This document shows positions 49,401-61,100 of a stretch of 64,000 nt of DNA, piece by piece. The notes under the pieces are model-generated. The model was given only the letters and a program-made list of their open reading frames with translations, made no database searches and was not told the origin of the DNA. Source of the stretch: an uncultured Lachnospiraceae bacterium (GTDB taxonomy: Bacteria; Bacillota; Clostridia; TANB77; CAG-508); assembly GCA_964470175.1 (NCBI GenBank), contig CAYYBL010000001.1:4982-68981 (forward strand). The letters are read 5' to 3'. Within the stretch, counting starts at the first letter, position 1; each line of letters starts with the position of its first letter. The position numbers and the translations under genes are program-made.

Positions 49401-51785
49401 TACATCTATATTTGCATTTAATATGATATTTGTACCATTTGAAATCTCCCCAGGATTCAATATATTTTGTTTTCCAATAATTCTTATATATACAGATTCT
49501 TCATTTTCCACACTTGAAAGAGCCAAGCCATCTCCATAACTTATAGCAGAGTTTGTAATTTCAAAATCTGTAATATAATTTGGAATATCTAATCTTATAT
49601 TTGTCTCTCCATATACTTCTGAATCTTCTCTATTATTATTAAGAGCAATTATAATTTCCACGTTCTCATTTTTGGTAAGTGTAGATAAATTTTCTTTATT
49701 AATAGAAATACTTGGAATATTTTTAACATCTTCAAATTCAATCTTTGTATTTATATTCCCTACTTCTATATCATTTTCTACATAATTATACTTTGCAATA
49801 AGCTTTGATGATATAGATATATCTTTTAAATTATCTATACATGCACTATAATCACTTTTTTCTTCAAGAGAAACTTCTCTAATAGCACGAACCTTTTTTA
49901 TTACTAAATTTCCTTCAGATACAGGCTTTGACGTGATAAATAAAAGTTTTCTTTGACCTTCAAGATTAACTTCTATATTTCCATCTGCAGTAACAATCGT
50001 ATCTTTATCTATAAATCCTACTTGGTTTCCCAAACTATCCTTAATTTCTATATTCCCTTCATTTCCAAGAATTCTATCAAAATTCTCTTTTGAAACAACT
50101 ATCCTTTTATAATATATGTCATCAGTGTCTATATAGGAATCTATCCTTTTACCTTCAGTACCTATAAATGATGCAAAGAATCCTTCATCATAATCTTGAA
50201 TTTTTAAATTTTCTAATATGTCTATGTATGAGATGTTAATAATTTCATCAGTAACAATCTCTTTTACAACCTTAACAGGATTCCTATAATTGAAATACAT
50301 AAACTTCTTTGTAAGTTTTTCTGTTTCTTGTCTGTTTTCTATAGAAACTAGATTTCCCATTTGATTCGATAAATCATATTTGTATGTTTCCTCATTTTCA
50401 CAAATATCATCGCTATATAATGTCTGACTTACTTTTATGTCAGAAAAAATATCAATGTTCTCTTCTGGTATATCTACATCAAGATATGTGTATGTAACCA
50501 CAAACTCATCTACACCTGGTATATTGTAAATTCTATCTTCCCTTTTTTCCTCTTCTATCATAGTATCTTTATCGTTTTGTACGACTACCTCTCTAGGATT
50601 ATTTTGAACATAGATATTTATTTTTTTAGATTCTTCATCATAGTTCCAATTGTCATCATTAAACGTAATTTCTTCTGCTTTCTGTCCATTTGTGGCTTCT
50701 AAAGTATTTGCAACCACAGAAATGTTTGATGGTGTCTTTTCCATATAGTCTGGAACAGATATTTCAAGCTGTGTTTCCTTTACTGGTATAGTATTTTTTT
50801 CAATTTCAGAATTAATTCTATTATCGACTTTAACAAGTGTCTGTATAATTATTCCTGATCCAAAATCGATATATTTTGTAACCTCGACTTCAGTTTTTAT
50901 TTTCCTTTCATTTTTCCAATTTATCTTAATTTGAGTTTCACGCTCTATATCATGTTCTTCACCGTTTTCATCAACGTATATTCCTGTAAATCTAACATTT
51001 GCTATATCTGAAACATTTTTAAATTGTCTTTGATTTATATATTCTATAGGGATTGAGAAATTAATGGTAGCATCTGCTCTTACTTGCTTTAACGTGATAG
51101 CATTATCTTCAATTTTTTCAATGAAATCACTATATTCATCAAGTACGTTTGTTTCTGTAATAGTTTCTCTTCTTGAGTTTTCTGTATCAGCTTCATCTGC
51201 AACTTCATTTTCTGTAGAGTCTTGAATTATTTCTTCTCCAGGTAATTTATTTTCGTCTACTTCTTCTATATCAATTACAAGTTCAGAATTCTTTTCTTCT
51301 ATCTCGCCTTGTGTCTCCACAACTTGATAATTGTCTTCATCTGTACCTTGAATATTACTATCACTGCCTCCGACAACAATTTCAACCTCTTCACCATTCT
51401 CCTGGATTTCACTACTTTCTTCAACACTTTCTTCACTTATACTTTTTCGAATATTGGAAATTTTAAATCCCAAGTCACCTTCTTGTGACTCAATTTCAAC
51501 CATGCCATCCTTTAAATATCCTATTTCTTTGACATTTAAATCGAATTTCATCTCTAAATCGTAGCTATTTACATCGCTTGATGTGGTGTATGGATTTTCA
51601 CTTTCTTTGTCAAAATATGCATCAAATACGATGTTTTTGTGACCTGTTTCATTTTCACCATTATTTCCAAATAGACCTTGAAAAACACTCGTAGCATATA
51701 CCTTTCCTACAAGCGCAAAATTACCAAAAGTCATTGAAAAAATAATGAACATGACCATTGTCTTTTTCAAAATTGATTTTGCCAT
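46404..51785 (-). CDS. Partner protein 2 (1,793 aa), paralogue of partner 1 with an added acidic insertion; ends LVKTGD + TM + basic tail
   Basis: ATG 51785-51783 follows GAGGAG (51795-51800). N-terminus is MAKSILKKTMVMFIIFSMTFGNFALVGKVYATS. It is colinear with partner 1 (e.g. IVFDAYFDKES...GYLKDGMVEIESQEG vs VEFSAYFETGS...GYLKNAQISILESEEG). SdrD-B-like segment: ISGSIWLDKDENGKMDAGEKTDHNVGNIEIYLLDADS. C-terminus: ...DVIILVKTGDAFMYTSLIITSVVLLSVAAFVVYSKTRIFNRKRGV. Confidence 0.9.
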   Translation of the reverse strand: MAKSILKKTMVMFIIFSMTFGNFALVGKVYATSVFQGLFGNNGENETGHKNIVFDAYFDKESENPYTTSSDVNSYDLEMKFDLNVKEIGYLKDGMVEIESQEGDLGFKISNIRKSISEESVEESSEIQENGEEVEIVVGGSDSNIQGTDEDNYQVVETQGEIEEKNSELVIDIEEVDENKLPGEEIIQDSTENEVADEADTENSRRETITETNVLDEYSDFIEKIEDNAITLKQVRADATINFSIPIEYINQRQFKNVSDIANVRFTGIYVDENGEEHDIERETQIKINWKNERKIKTEVEVTKYIDFGSGIIIQTLVKVDNRINSEIEKNTIPVKETQLEISVPDYMEKTPSNISVVANTLEATNGQKAEEITFNDDNWNYDEESKKINIYVQNNPREVVVQNDKDTMIEEEKREDRIYNIPGVDEFVVTYTYLDVDIPEENIDIFSDIKVSQTLYSDDICENEETYKYDLSNQMGNLVSIENRQETEKLTKKFMYFNYRNPVKVVKEIVTDEIINISYIDILENLKIQDYDEGFFASFIGTEGKRIDSYIDTDDIYYKRIVVSKENFDRILGNEGNIEIKDSLGNQVGFIDKDTIVTADGNIEVNLEGQRKLLFITSKPVSEGNLVIKKVRAIREVSLEEKSDYSACIDNLKDISISSKLIAKYNYVENDIEVGNINTKIEFEDVKNIPSISINKENLSTLTKNENVEIIIALNNNREDSEVYGETNIRLDIPNYITDFEITNSAISYGDGLALSSVENEESVYIRIIGKQNILNPGEISNGTNIILNANIDVDKYTPSISDAFHVEVENSIGSVGESEKEIKYSAPSGVVSINDISDYVDDGFITSVREGKKEELISIAMPARTAQMGIVVMNNYMNEISDMTILGRIPFEGVRDPITGDDMGTNISTKMLSGIEQDSENDIKFKIYYSENGEADKAIGSEKNRWVEYPDSFDNIKSYLIVPEKEGIMIDSGKVFKFSYEFEIPENIPREKNIYGTYLVEYVNHSLSGNINEKSCPDIVGLTTGIGPELDLKISTDKEILSTGEDIKLNLKIENIGKENLNNVVSFITYDNALKYKNYEVVTGENIVVENVSEEKLKVTCPNVEIVKNLEININFSTDENMDSEKNISISANAIADNIVGETSKIIENIAIKVAKLVAKEEYYGEQEEYLYEGKEYEFSVNVMNNTDSNLPNLMIDQKVPDGFEYVTSEFYYVDSDYDTKDVGKIEYRENLGIIHVDLANMEKKKNYILKFVLKTKEVSKQNTYITQEMWANIEVPGVQSIESNKIIVSIAREIVEINQVSQDSNDYVNLGDIVNYEFRIKNVGVVPTYNINFTDEIPDCMQIESLAYINDNNEIFSGDYYGNSIKLPVALEVGTEALIDIEAKAISTDGSLEKTVENKGNLTGKYESQSSNGVVKTLVASEEDLDNEPGDIDSEGVDRRNLGNSSKGRTYNISGSIWLDKDENGKMDAGEKTDHNVGNIEIYLLDADSLAIKKRQTVNNSNIYRFSSVENGNYIVVFEYDSKLYGITTYKKEGIDESVNSDAYTGNIDRDGKQINVAKTDRIEIDGNSVSNINLGLIHAMKFDLEIDMGIEKVTVQTSRGTNSTKYNFTKFVKDEISSRQLNGAKVLVEYKINVKNNGDLKGYAKKVVDYVPEGMELNSSLDKNNAWFTSSDGNIYTSILENVELNPGETKEISLILTKEMSETNTGLMDNIVEIAEDYNIYGMTDIDSSPGNKAQKEDDMSQADVIILVKTGDAFMYTSLIITSVVLLSVAAFVVYSKTRIFNRKRGV

Positions 51786-51815
51786 TTCTCAAATCTCCTC
51801 TTTTTTGCCCCTATA

Positions 51816-51835
51816 TAAACATACGCATATGTTTA
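51816..51835 (-). promoter_or_regulatory. Perfect 8-bp inverted repeat (TAAACATA-N4-TATGTTTA) just upstream of the partner 2 RBS; possible operator or 5'-UTR hairpin
   Basis: The sequence taaacatacgcatatgttta at 51816-51835 is self-complementary and lies 31-50 nt upstream of the ATG at 51785. Confidence 0.35.
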
Positions 51836-52050
51836 CACCATATATAGATATTCTAGTCTTAAATTAATCTAAAATACATTAAGTTCTTATTACAAAAGGC
51901 TTTTAAAGATTTTTATATCTATTTTATTTTACGGATACATATATTACCTTCTCTTTATATTCAAATATAAAATTTAAATTACTTTTTTGACTCTTTTTAT
52001 TTTCAAAAATTATTAATTTGCTTATTAAATGTTTCCCTAAAATATTATTT

Positions 52051-52098
52051 AATTAAAAAAATAAAACTCACCGAAAACCTTGTTTCAGTAAGTTTTAT
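52051..52098 (-). terminator. Rho-independent terminator after giant gene 3
   Basis: On the minus strand: ATAAAACTTACTG / CGGTGAGTTTTAT forms a 13-bp stem (two G-U pairs) with a 12-nt loop, followed by TTTTTTAATT. It lies about 85 nt after the stop at 52182-52184. Confidence 0.7.
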
Positions 52099-52181
52099 TT
52101 TATTTTTATAATGTTATATTATTATGACACCCCTAGTCTTTTAAAATAGCTTATTTTGTTCTTCTACCCTTTTTTATATTA

Positions 52182-55100
52182 TTAAAATTTTGTATCATCT
52201 TTGTTAGCGTATTTATCTAGGTATCCCACCTTAAGAGTATATACTGTTACTACCTCAGCTATGATAGATATTATACATACAATCAAGGCTCTTTTTCTTT
52301 CTTTTTCTTTTTGCATGATACCTGTTGGTGGCATGAATGTAATTATTTCTGATGCACTTGAGTCTCTCTCCTTTGTTGCCTCTTCAAATATCTCTAGACT
52401 TGGATCTGTATTTCCTATGTAAATAGCATCATCTCTTCTACCAGCAGTATTTTCATATTTTACAATTTCTGTGAATGTATCATATGACATATCTTCAAAA
52501 TCACTTGCCGATAATACCTTTGTAACTACGAGATTCATTTTTGTTCTATATGGATTATTTTCATCATGTTTTCCAAATGGAACTGTGCATGCCTCAAATG
52601 TTTCATTTGATACCTCGCTACCAAAGTCATCCACTGACAGAATCAAATTGCTTTTATCTTTTTCAACATAAGATATTTCATTTTTATCTTTTATGCTATC
52701 TACTCTTATCAAGTCTTTCTCAATCAATCTTCTTGCATCTACACCATTACCATTGAGTTCAATTGCACTTGTAGTCTTCCAATATTGATTATTCGTATTA
52801 TTTTTGCTTAAATCAACAGATAAATCATTATCTACAAAGCTTGCAATCTGTCTTACTCTTGTCTTAACAATTCTATCTACATTATTTTCTATAACTCCTG
52901 TGTAGAAATACTTTCCTATACCATTATCATTATCTCCAAATGTTATTTTGCCATTCTTTACGTTGCTTTTTTTCAAATCATCAATCTTTGATTCAATTTT
53001 ATTATATCTTACTACCTTATTTCCAAAGTCTGTTGTTGATGAAGGATTAAACAGCTCATCAATCCAAGCTGGTACATAATCTTCATCTCCTATGTTAAAT
53101 GCAGCGATTTCATAATTTATTTCAACAGTGGTGCCTTGTAAGATATCAAAGTCTATATTTATATATTTAAAGTTTTGTATACCTGTTCCATATTTGTAAG
53201 TTTTTCCCCACATTTTTGTACCATTTGTTGTTTTATATTCTTCCTTGTATAATTGCTGAATTTGATCTAAATTTATAGATCTGTTACTTACAGGTGTGAC
53301 ATGTGCTACAATAGCTCTTGTCTCATCTATTACCTTTACTGTCTTTCCTCTTTTACTTTCTTTATTGTTTTCATCGAGCGTTTCTATATTATATTGTATA
53401 TCATATTCAGCGTTTAATATAACTTGTCCAGTATTTGTAGTAAGTTTGATTGATTTTATCTCCTGATCTAAGAAAATTTTATTTTCTGGTCTCTCTATAA
53501 TGCATATATCTGAATAATTTCCTTTATTATTTGCTCTTGTTCTGATTTCATTTCCTCTTATTGTCATACCATAATCATCAAATACTTTTTGATGAATTGC
53601 AGCTCTGTCATTTGCTTTGTGAAGTACATTAGTATTTTCATTAATAAACGTAAACGCATTAGACATTGCTCGTAATCTCATTACTTCATCATCACCATAG
53701 TTACCATCTACATCTATGGCTGATTTGAAGTCCTGTCCATTATATACTGCCGGTGTAGAAGTATATGCATCTTTTTCAAAGTTTGCAGTAAGCACTGTAC
53801 CACCTGTTGTATCTTTTGCATAAAAAGCTCCACTATCTTTCAAAGCCACTGGATCTCCTGTAGTACCTATAGTAGAATCAAGAGTACCCTTATCTATACC
53901 ATATAATACATTTACTACCATATTTTTATTTGGTATATTACTAAATACGTATTTTCCAGTTATTCCTTCGCCTTGTTCACGAGAAGTCTCTACCGTACTA
54001 CCATATCCTGTAAGATCACTAAATGTATTTCCACCATATACATCAAGCAATGTATCTGTAGCCCACAAGAAATCATATACAACATTACTTTTTCCACTTG
54101 TATCCCTCATTCTTTCAAGTTGTTGTACGGTCATTCCTCCAATAGGTGCTTTCTTTGGATGATCATTTTTTCCATCAGTTTCATATACATATCCTGCTAC
54201 ATTATCATTATTATTCTTGTTATTAAGTGTTATATTTACTTTTTTACTTCTTGCAGTATCTTTTTCCATTAGTAATTTTCTATTATCACTTAGCATATTT
54301 AAATTTAAATTTCCTGGTGTAAAATTATTAGACATTTTACCTGCATATACTAATTCTCCATTACTATCTTTTATTGGTACACCATTTTCACATTTATAAG
54401 TTGAATAACTACTTATTTCAAAAATATTTTCTATACTTTCAGCAATATCTAGTGTATCTTTTATTCCATTTATAGTATCTTTATTAACCTTAAATGTAAC
54501 TTCTATATCTACTTTACCCTTTGGATTAATTATTTTGCCACCTGCAAACTTAAATACCGTTTTATTAAGATCTATGTTTTCATAAGATCTATAGTTTGGA
54601 ATAGTATTAAATGTACCACCATTTATATTATCTACTGTCAATGAATTTGTAACATAGTTTTCAATTTCATTTATACCAAGAGCATAATTAGATTTATTTT
54701 CTATAGTATAAACATAGTCAAGCTCTATAGACATTTCTTCCATTAAATTTCTATTGTTCTTTTCATATGAAGCAAAAGAGTCATTTTGTCTATATACTTC
54801 ATCTCTGTAGTAATAGTCTGTACTATTTAATTTTATATTAAATCTATCAGAAGAATTAAATGTTTGAGTGTCACCATTTAAAAATACTCTTGCTTCTTTA
54901 AACTTGTTTGAAGTTTTCACTTCAACATCTGTTCTTGTAGAAAGATTTAGATTTATATGTTGCATATAATATATTGATTTAAAAGCAAGTTTATCATAAC
55001 TATTAGAATAATTCCATTTTTCCATATTTAAATCTTTATCATATCTATATCCATCTTTTGAAAGATTTATTCTTTTATTTGTACCTTTACAATATGGATG

Positions 55101-58100
55101 TGTCATATATCTTGTACTTGCCATCATAGAAAGGATACTACTTATTTTACCATTACTATATGACCCGAGCGTAGACTTGTATTCATCATCATTAAGTATT
55201 GTTCCATTATATTCCAAAAATTCCTCTGATGACTTATTTCTATCTTGCACTGACACAAAAGATTCTTTTCTAGAATTACCAATCTTTGATTTTGAAATAA
55301 TTGCAAATTTATTGTTATATTTTTCTCTTACATCATCTTCGTGATTTCCATTATCCTCACTCAAAATATTCTTATTTTCTATAAATCCTCTTCCACCATT
55401 TAATCGTGACAAAACCTCTTGTACGTAGCCACTAGTTCCTCCAGGCTGATCATGTACAGAATCTTTCTCTTCAAATTTTTGACCATCATATACATAATAT
55501 ATTTTATAATTATGATAATATAAATCTCTTGTAGGTATTCCATATACATTCCATTTTCCTTTTGAATCAATTTTAATAGGACAACTTGTTTTTTTACCAA
55601 ACTTATCTCTGTAATCAACAAAATTACCAAATTCATCCTCAATAAACACTTCTATTTCATTTCTATCTTTTTTACTTGCTGCGCCTCCATCTATTCTCAA
55701 TTCACCGCTCATCTCACTAGTTAAGTCTACTTGCTTTATAAAAGTACTTTGTACATATACACTTGAAGAATACATATTTTTTGTACCGCCTACAAGTGCA
55801 CTACCATTTGAAGATAAATTAATGCAATCCCAATGATCAAGCTTTTGATTATCAACCTCTACAGAAACAATTGGTGTATCACCCTGTAAATATTTTACCT
55901 CAAAAGATTTGTTATCGCTTTTAAGATTTTTATTATCAAAATTCAATTCTACATTATTATCATTCATGTCATTTTTATTAAAGACAAATTTAAATTTTTT
56001 CTGATGTATATCATCACCATTTATTGCCTCTTTAAGTATCCTACTATCTTTTAAATTAATTTTTGTACTTACAAGCTTTACATTATAGACTATTGTTACA
56101 CTTGCATTTTTAAATGTAACTCTATCACTATCCCTATCAAAAGCATTTTCATCAGTTCCAGCTGAATTACTAGCAACTTCAAAAGCATCACCCTTATAAT
56201 CAAAAGGTATTACTTCATACCATAATTCTTCACCTGGATTATATACAATATTGTTTGAAATCCATCCATTAGAATCTAGTGTCACATTAAAGTTTATATA
56301 ATCATAGTGAAATGCATCAGATTTTCTCTTTTTCTTTATTATCACTAATGCATAATTATATCTATTATTTCCAAGACCCTCATTGCCACTTAGTGATTCT
56401 CCTAATTTTATATTAACAGTTTTTGTATAAAGCTCATTTCTTACAGAAATAACATTTTCCATTGCTTTATTTAGTCTTCCAGCATTATTTGAAAATCTTA
56501 AATTCTTACCATCATTTTCTAATCCTTCAATAGTCACACTATAAGTTGGGGCACTCGCATCATCCTTCCAATTGAAATAAATTGGTCTTACTGATGTATT
56601 TACTGGATTTCCCACATTATTTATAGCAATTTTTTGTGTACCTTTTACCTTAGCAGAAAATGTATTTTTACCATTTACTACAGATGCATAATTTCCATTA
56701 CTATCTATGTATTCATATGTGCCTCTAATAGTAATTTTATATGTTAACTCTTTGCTTAGTACATCTTCATCTGTAAATTTGTTATCAATAACAATTGTTC
56801 TTGAAAATGGTAAAATATTATTTTCATAATCTATTTCCGTTTCATAGTTCACATCAAAGGAAGAAGGTTTTTTTACATTAGAAATATTAGTATATAAATT
56901 ATAGCCATTATCTTGATTTCCACCTTCATTTTCATATTTGTAATACAAAGGTTTTTCATATGGACTCACTTTAACGCTAATATAATCACCATTAGGAATA
57001 AATTTATCAAAATAATAAAAACCTGTATCCTCCTCTATTGCTCTACTAGGTTTTATAGATGCATCTTGAACTCCTTTTCTAAATCTATTTATACCACCTT
57101 TTAGAATTCCATTTTCTTTTGTATTTTCACCATATATTGCTGATACTTTTTTACATCCATACCCTTCCACATATAAATTATACGTGAATTGATTTTTTTG
57201 TATGTTTTCCTCTAGAAAAACATCATCCCAGCTATTTCCATTTAAATTTATTTTATTTTGAATATTTACATCTATTTTCTTTTCTTCAATACCCTCTGGA
57301 GGATCATATTCAATTCTATAATCTATTCCATTTCTTGTATAATCTAGTATTACGTTTATTATTTCGTTATCATCACATTCATTTAATTGGCCTAAATTTG
57401 TGTTCCAGTACTGCGGTTCTTCATTTGTTGATTCTAAAAATGATCTTATTTCAAATTTTGTAATATTATTATCATTCCAAGAAAAAGTATCCGTATAGAT
57501 TTCACCAGAAGTTTGGTTTTCATCCATTTCAATAGTGCAAAAATCATCTCTATCTTTTACTTCTTTAATGGTTCTATTCAATAAATTTGCAGGATCTTTG
57601 TATGATAGAATGCCCTTTTCATCTGCACCTATTACACCTGCTTTTATGTGTATTGTCTCACTTCCTTGCTCTTTATCTCTAATTGCAACTATGTGTATTT
57701 TTGCTTTATTACTACTTTCTTTATTTTTGTATTTTACCTTAAATTTGTAAGTATCCGTTGCTCCATCTTCAAGTGAATATGTAGCCCCATAGGTATCATT
57801 TCCATCATGTCGAAGTGTATTATTGTTTTCTTCAACGGTTGTCGTTCCACCTATATTTCTTAACCATTTGTCATCAGTCGTAATTCCTATATTTTTACTA
57901 GATGCCATATACTTTATTGATATATCTTCTTTTTTACACAATTTTATATTCTGACTTTCATATGACCAATTGGTTCCATCCCAATTTGCTTTCACTATCG
58001 ATGACTCAATTCCATATATATCAATTTTAAAATATAACGGAATTTTTTCTTTATCAATGTTATTTACAATTCCATCTGGTGAAACTTTAATAGAAAAACT

Positions 58101-61100
58101 TGTATTTACATTACATTTTCCTTTTTCAAAATATGTGTCCACTATCGAAAAAACACCTGTTGGAGAATCTATTGCATCCAGTCTAGTTTCATCAGGACTT
58201 GTTCCTTTTTCTATATATTGAACAGGGGTTATGCTCCTTGATACATAGTCTTTATATTCTTTTTCATATTCCACCCATACTTTCGGTGCATCATCATCCC
58301 ATGAAAAATAATTTGATTCAAGTATCTCTATAAAATCATCTCTTAAATCAAGCTTAATTTTACATTTTTTTCTTTCATCTGACAGACTTTTATCTGATTT
58401 TAAATAGTATGTTTTACTGCTATTATATTTTTCGTTGTCATAAGTGAAATTACCTTTTATCGCTATATATGTAATGTTAACTTTTTCTTCTGCTAAAATA
58501 GAAGATACTTTTTCGTTATCTGCTCTTTGTATAAGTTTTATTTTACTTTTCTTTCCACTTCCATATGATGCATAGAAAAAAACATCTGTGCTTTCACATC
58601 TTTCATCTATTCCTGTATGATCTTTATCATTTAATTTAGTTGATTCATTTATAGATATTTCACACAATTCACCTGAAACTTCGTTATCATGATTAGATCC
58701 AGCATCTATTTTTGATAGTCCTTCAGCAAAATCTACTTTCATTCCAACAGGAAGTTTTGACTTGTCAAGAGTAATTGTGTAAATAGGTGTTTCATAATAC
58801 GTAGGATTCCAATATATATCTGGACTAGTCCACTCCCATACATAATTACCATCATCCGCAACTTGTGATTTTACGCGTAAATCTTCTATTTTGAGTAAAT
58901 TAACACCTGGTTCAGATGGATCACTAGCGAATTTATCTGTTTTTCTTTTCGCCGAAACATTTACATCAAATATAAATTCAAAATCCTTTTGATCCTCTTT
59001 CAAATAGTTTTCTAATCCATACACATACTGTTTTAAGAAAATGCGTCCCTCTAGTATTTCCTCTTCATCTTCTTCATCTGTAATCGAATCCCTTACATAA
59101 TTTGTAAATTCAAATTTCATTGAATCTGCGTATCTCTTATCTTTACTATTAGCATTTGGTGCTTCCAAATAGCCTTCTTTACATCCAATTGTTTGGTTAC
59201 ACAAAATATTTACAAGATCTTGAGATTGTTTCTTTATTTTTTCAATATCTTGTTCTACTATGTATTTCGGTGGCATACCTTTTACCCAACAAAATTCACC
59301 TATTTCTCCACCTTGTACACAGTTATTATCATTTTCTGGATTGCTAAGATCCAAATTATTTAAATTAATTGAATATCTTTCATCTTCACTCACTCCACTC
59401 GGTGATGCGTAATCAAATACTCCACCATCTACAATTTTATAATGTTTTTCACTATTTCCAAACCCCATATTTTTATATGAATACAAGCCATCAACTTCTA
59501 TGTTAAAATAAATAGTTTTATTTTTAAGAAGGTTCCTAACCTTACTTCCAGGATTTCCGACAAGTGGCGATGCTATATCATAATTATTTGTTCCAGAATC
59601 ATCCTTATGTGGTGAAATCAAGTTTTCAGATATAGTAAAAGTTCCTTTTTCATACACTATTTTGCTATAAAATCTAATTGGTTTACTCTTTGCTTTTTCT
59701 GTAAAATCCTTAAATGTTCCAGTTGCAACATTTCCATGAATAGTATATCCATCTTTATTATCTCCTCTTTCAATAGCTATACCAGAAAATAGTGTAGACT
59801 CATTACTTAAGCTTTCTTTTATAGTATATGAAAGTCTATTACCAAAAAGCCATTCTTCATTTGCGCTTTCCCAAATCCATTTATATCCAAATCCTCCAGA
59901 AGAATAATCATATGCTTCTCTACTATTTTTGTCTAAAATAACTTTTTGAGTATCTGTTCCAATTGTAATCTCATACTCATACTTAAGGTGATCTTTTAGC
60001 AAATCAAAAACTTGTTCATTATTCTCTCTTTTTTTAATAAGCTTGTCATCTTCTTCAAGTATTTTTTCTATTTTTATCTTTCCAGATTCTTTTCTATGAT
60101 TTGATACCATTTTTGCAATAGTATAGTACTTTTCTTCATTATTATGATCTTCATCATTTTGTTCACCAACTTTTACTACCGTGCCAGTATCACCTATTGT
60201 TTCTTGACTATTTGGAATTGCAGCATAAGTATTTTTTGGAAGTCCTTTTAATGCATTAAGCATACATGTACTTTCGCCTTCATCTTTTACCCTTTCAAAA
60301 TCACTAGTGTCTATATCGTTATACATTGCAGTTCCAATATATTGACTATTATTAATAAAAGTATCATTATCTACAAAACTATTATCTCCTTCTGAATCGT
60401 TTTCATTACGGGCCTCAAGTCTTTCAACCGTATATTTAGGTGCTTCATCATTTTTTGGCCAAATAATTTTATCAGTGACATATCTATTAGGTACGCAATA
60501 ATTATTAGGACCAGTTCCATCATAATAATAGTATTTATAATCTCCAGAAGTAGAATTCATTTCTCCATATACAATATCTTCATCCTCTTCTCTACCCGAT
60601 ACTACTATAAGCTTTTTATAGGAATTATTCTTATATACTTCACTACCATACAAAAACATTCCTCCATTCCCTGGAGTGATAGTAAGTATATATGCTTGCA
60701 CGACATCTTTTCCAGAAAGAGAATATATACTATTATCTAGAGAATCATCTTTTTTTATAATATTATCTATGCATATATATCCATAACTTAATTCTGATTC
60801 TCCATCAGTATAATCACCTCCATACTTTATACTATAATTTGCACAAAAATTTATTTCTCCATCCTCTAAATTTCCTTCAATTTTGGATGTTTTATTTAAA
60901 TCATAAGTTTCAGTCCTTCCAATTTGTCCTTTTTCTAAAACCAAATTAGTTTTTGTCATGCTCTCAAATTCAATGAATTGATCATTAGGTTTCTTTTCAA
61001 CACTTAATGTATATGTTGGTTTGTCTGATCCTTCCCAAACATAAACTCTTGATGTAGTACTTCCATTTATTGGTACATCAATTTCTTCTTCAGTATAATC

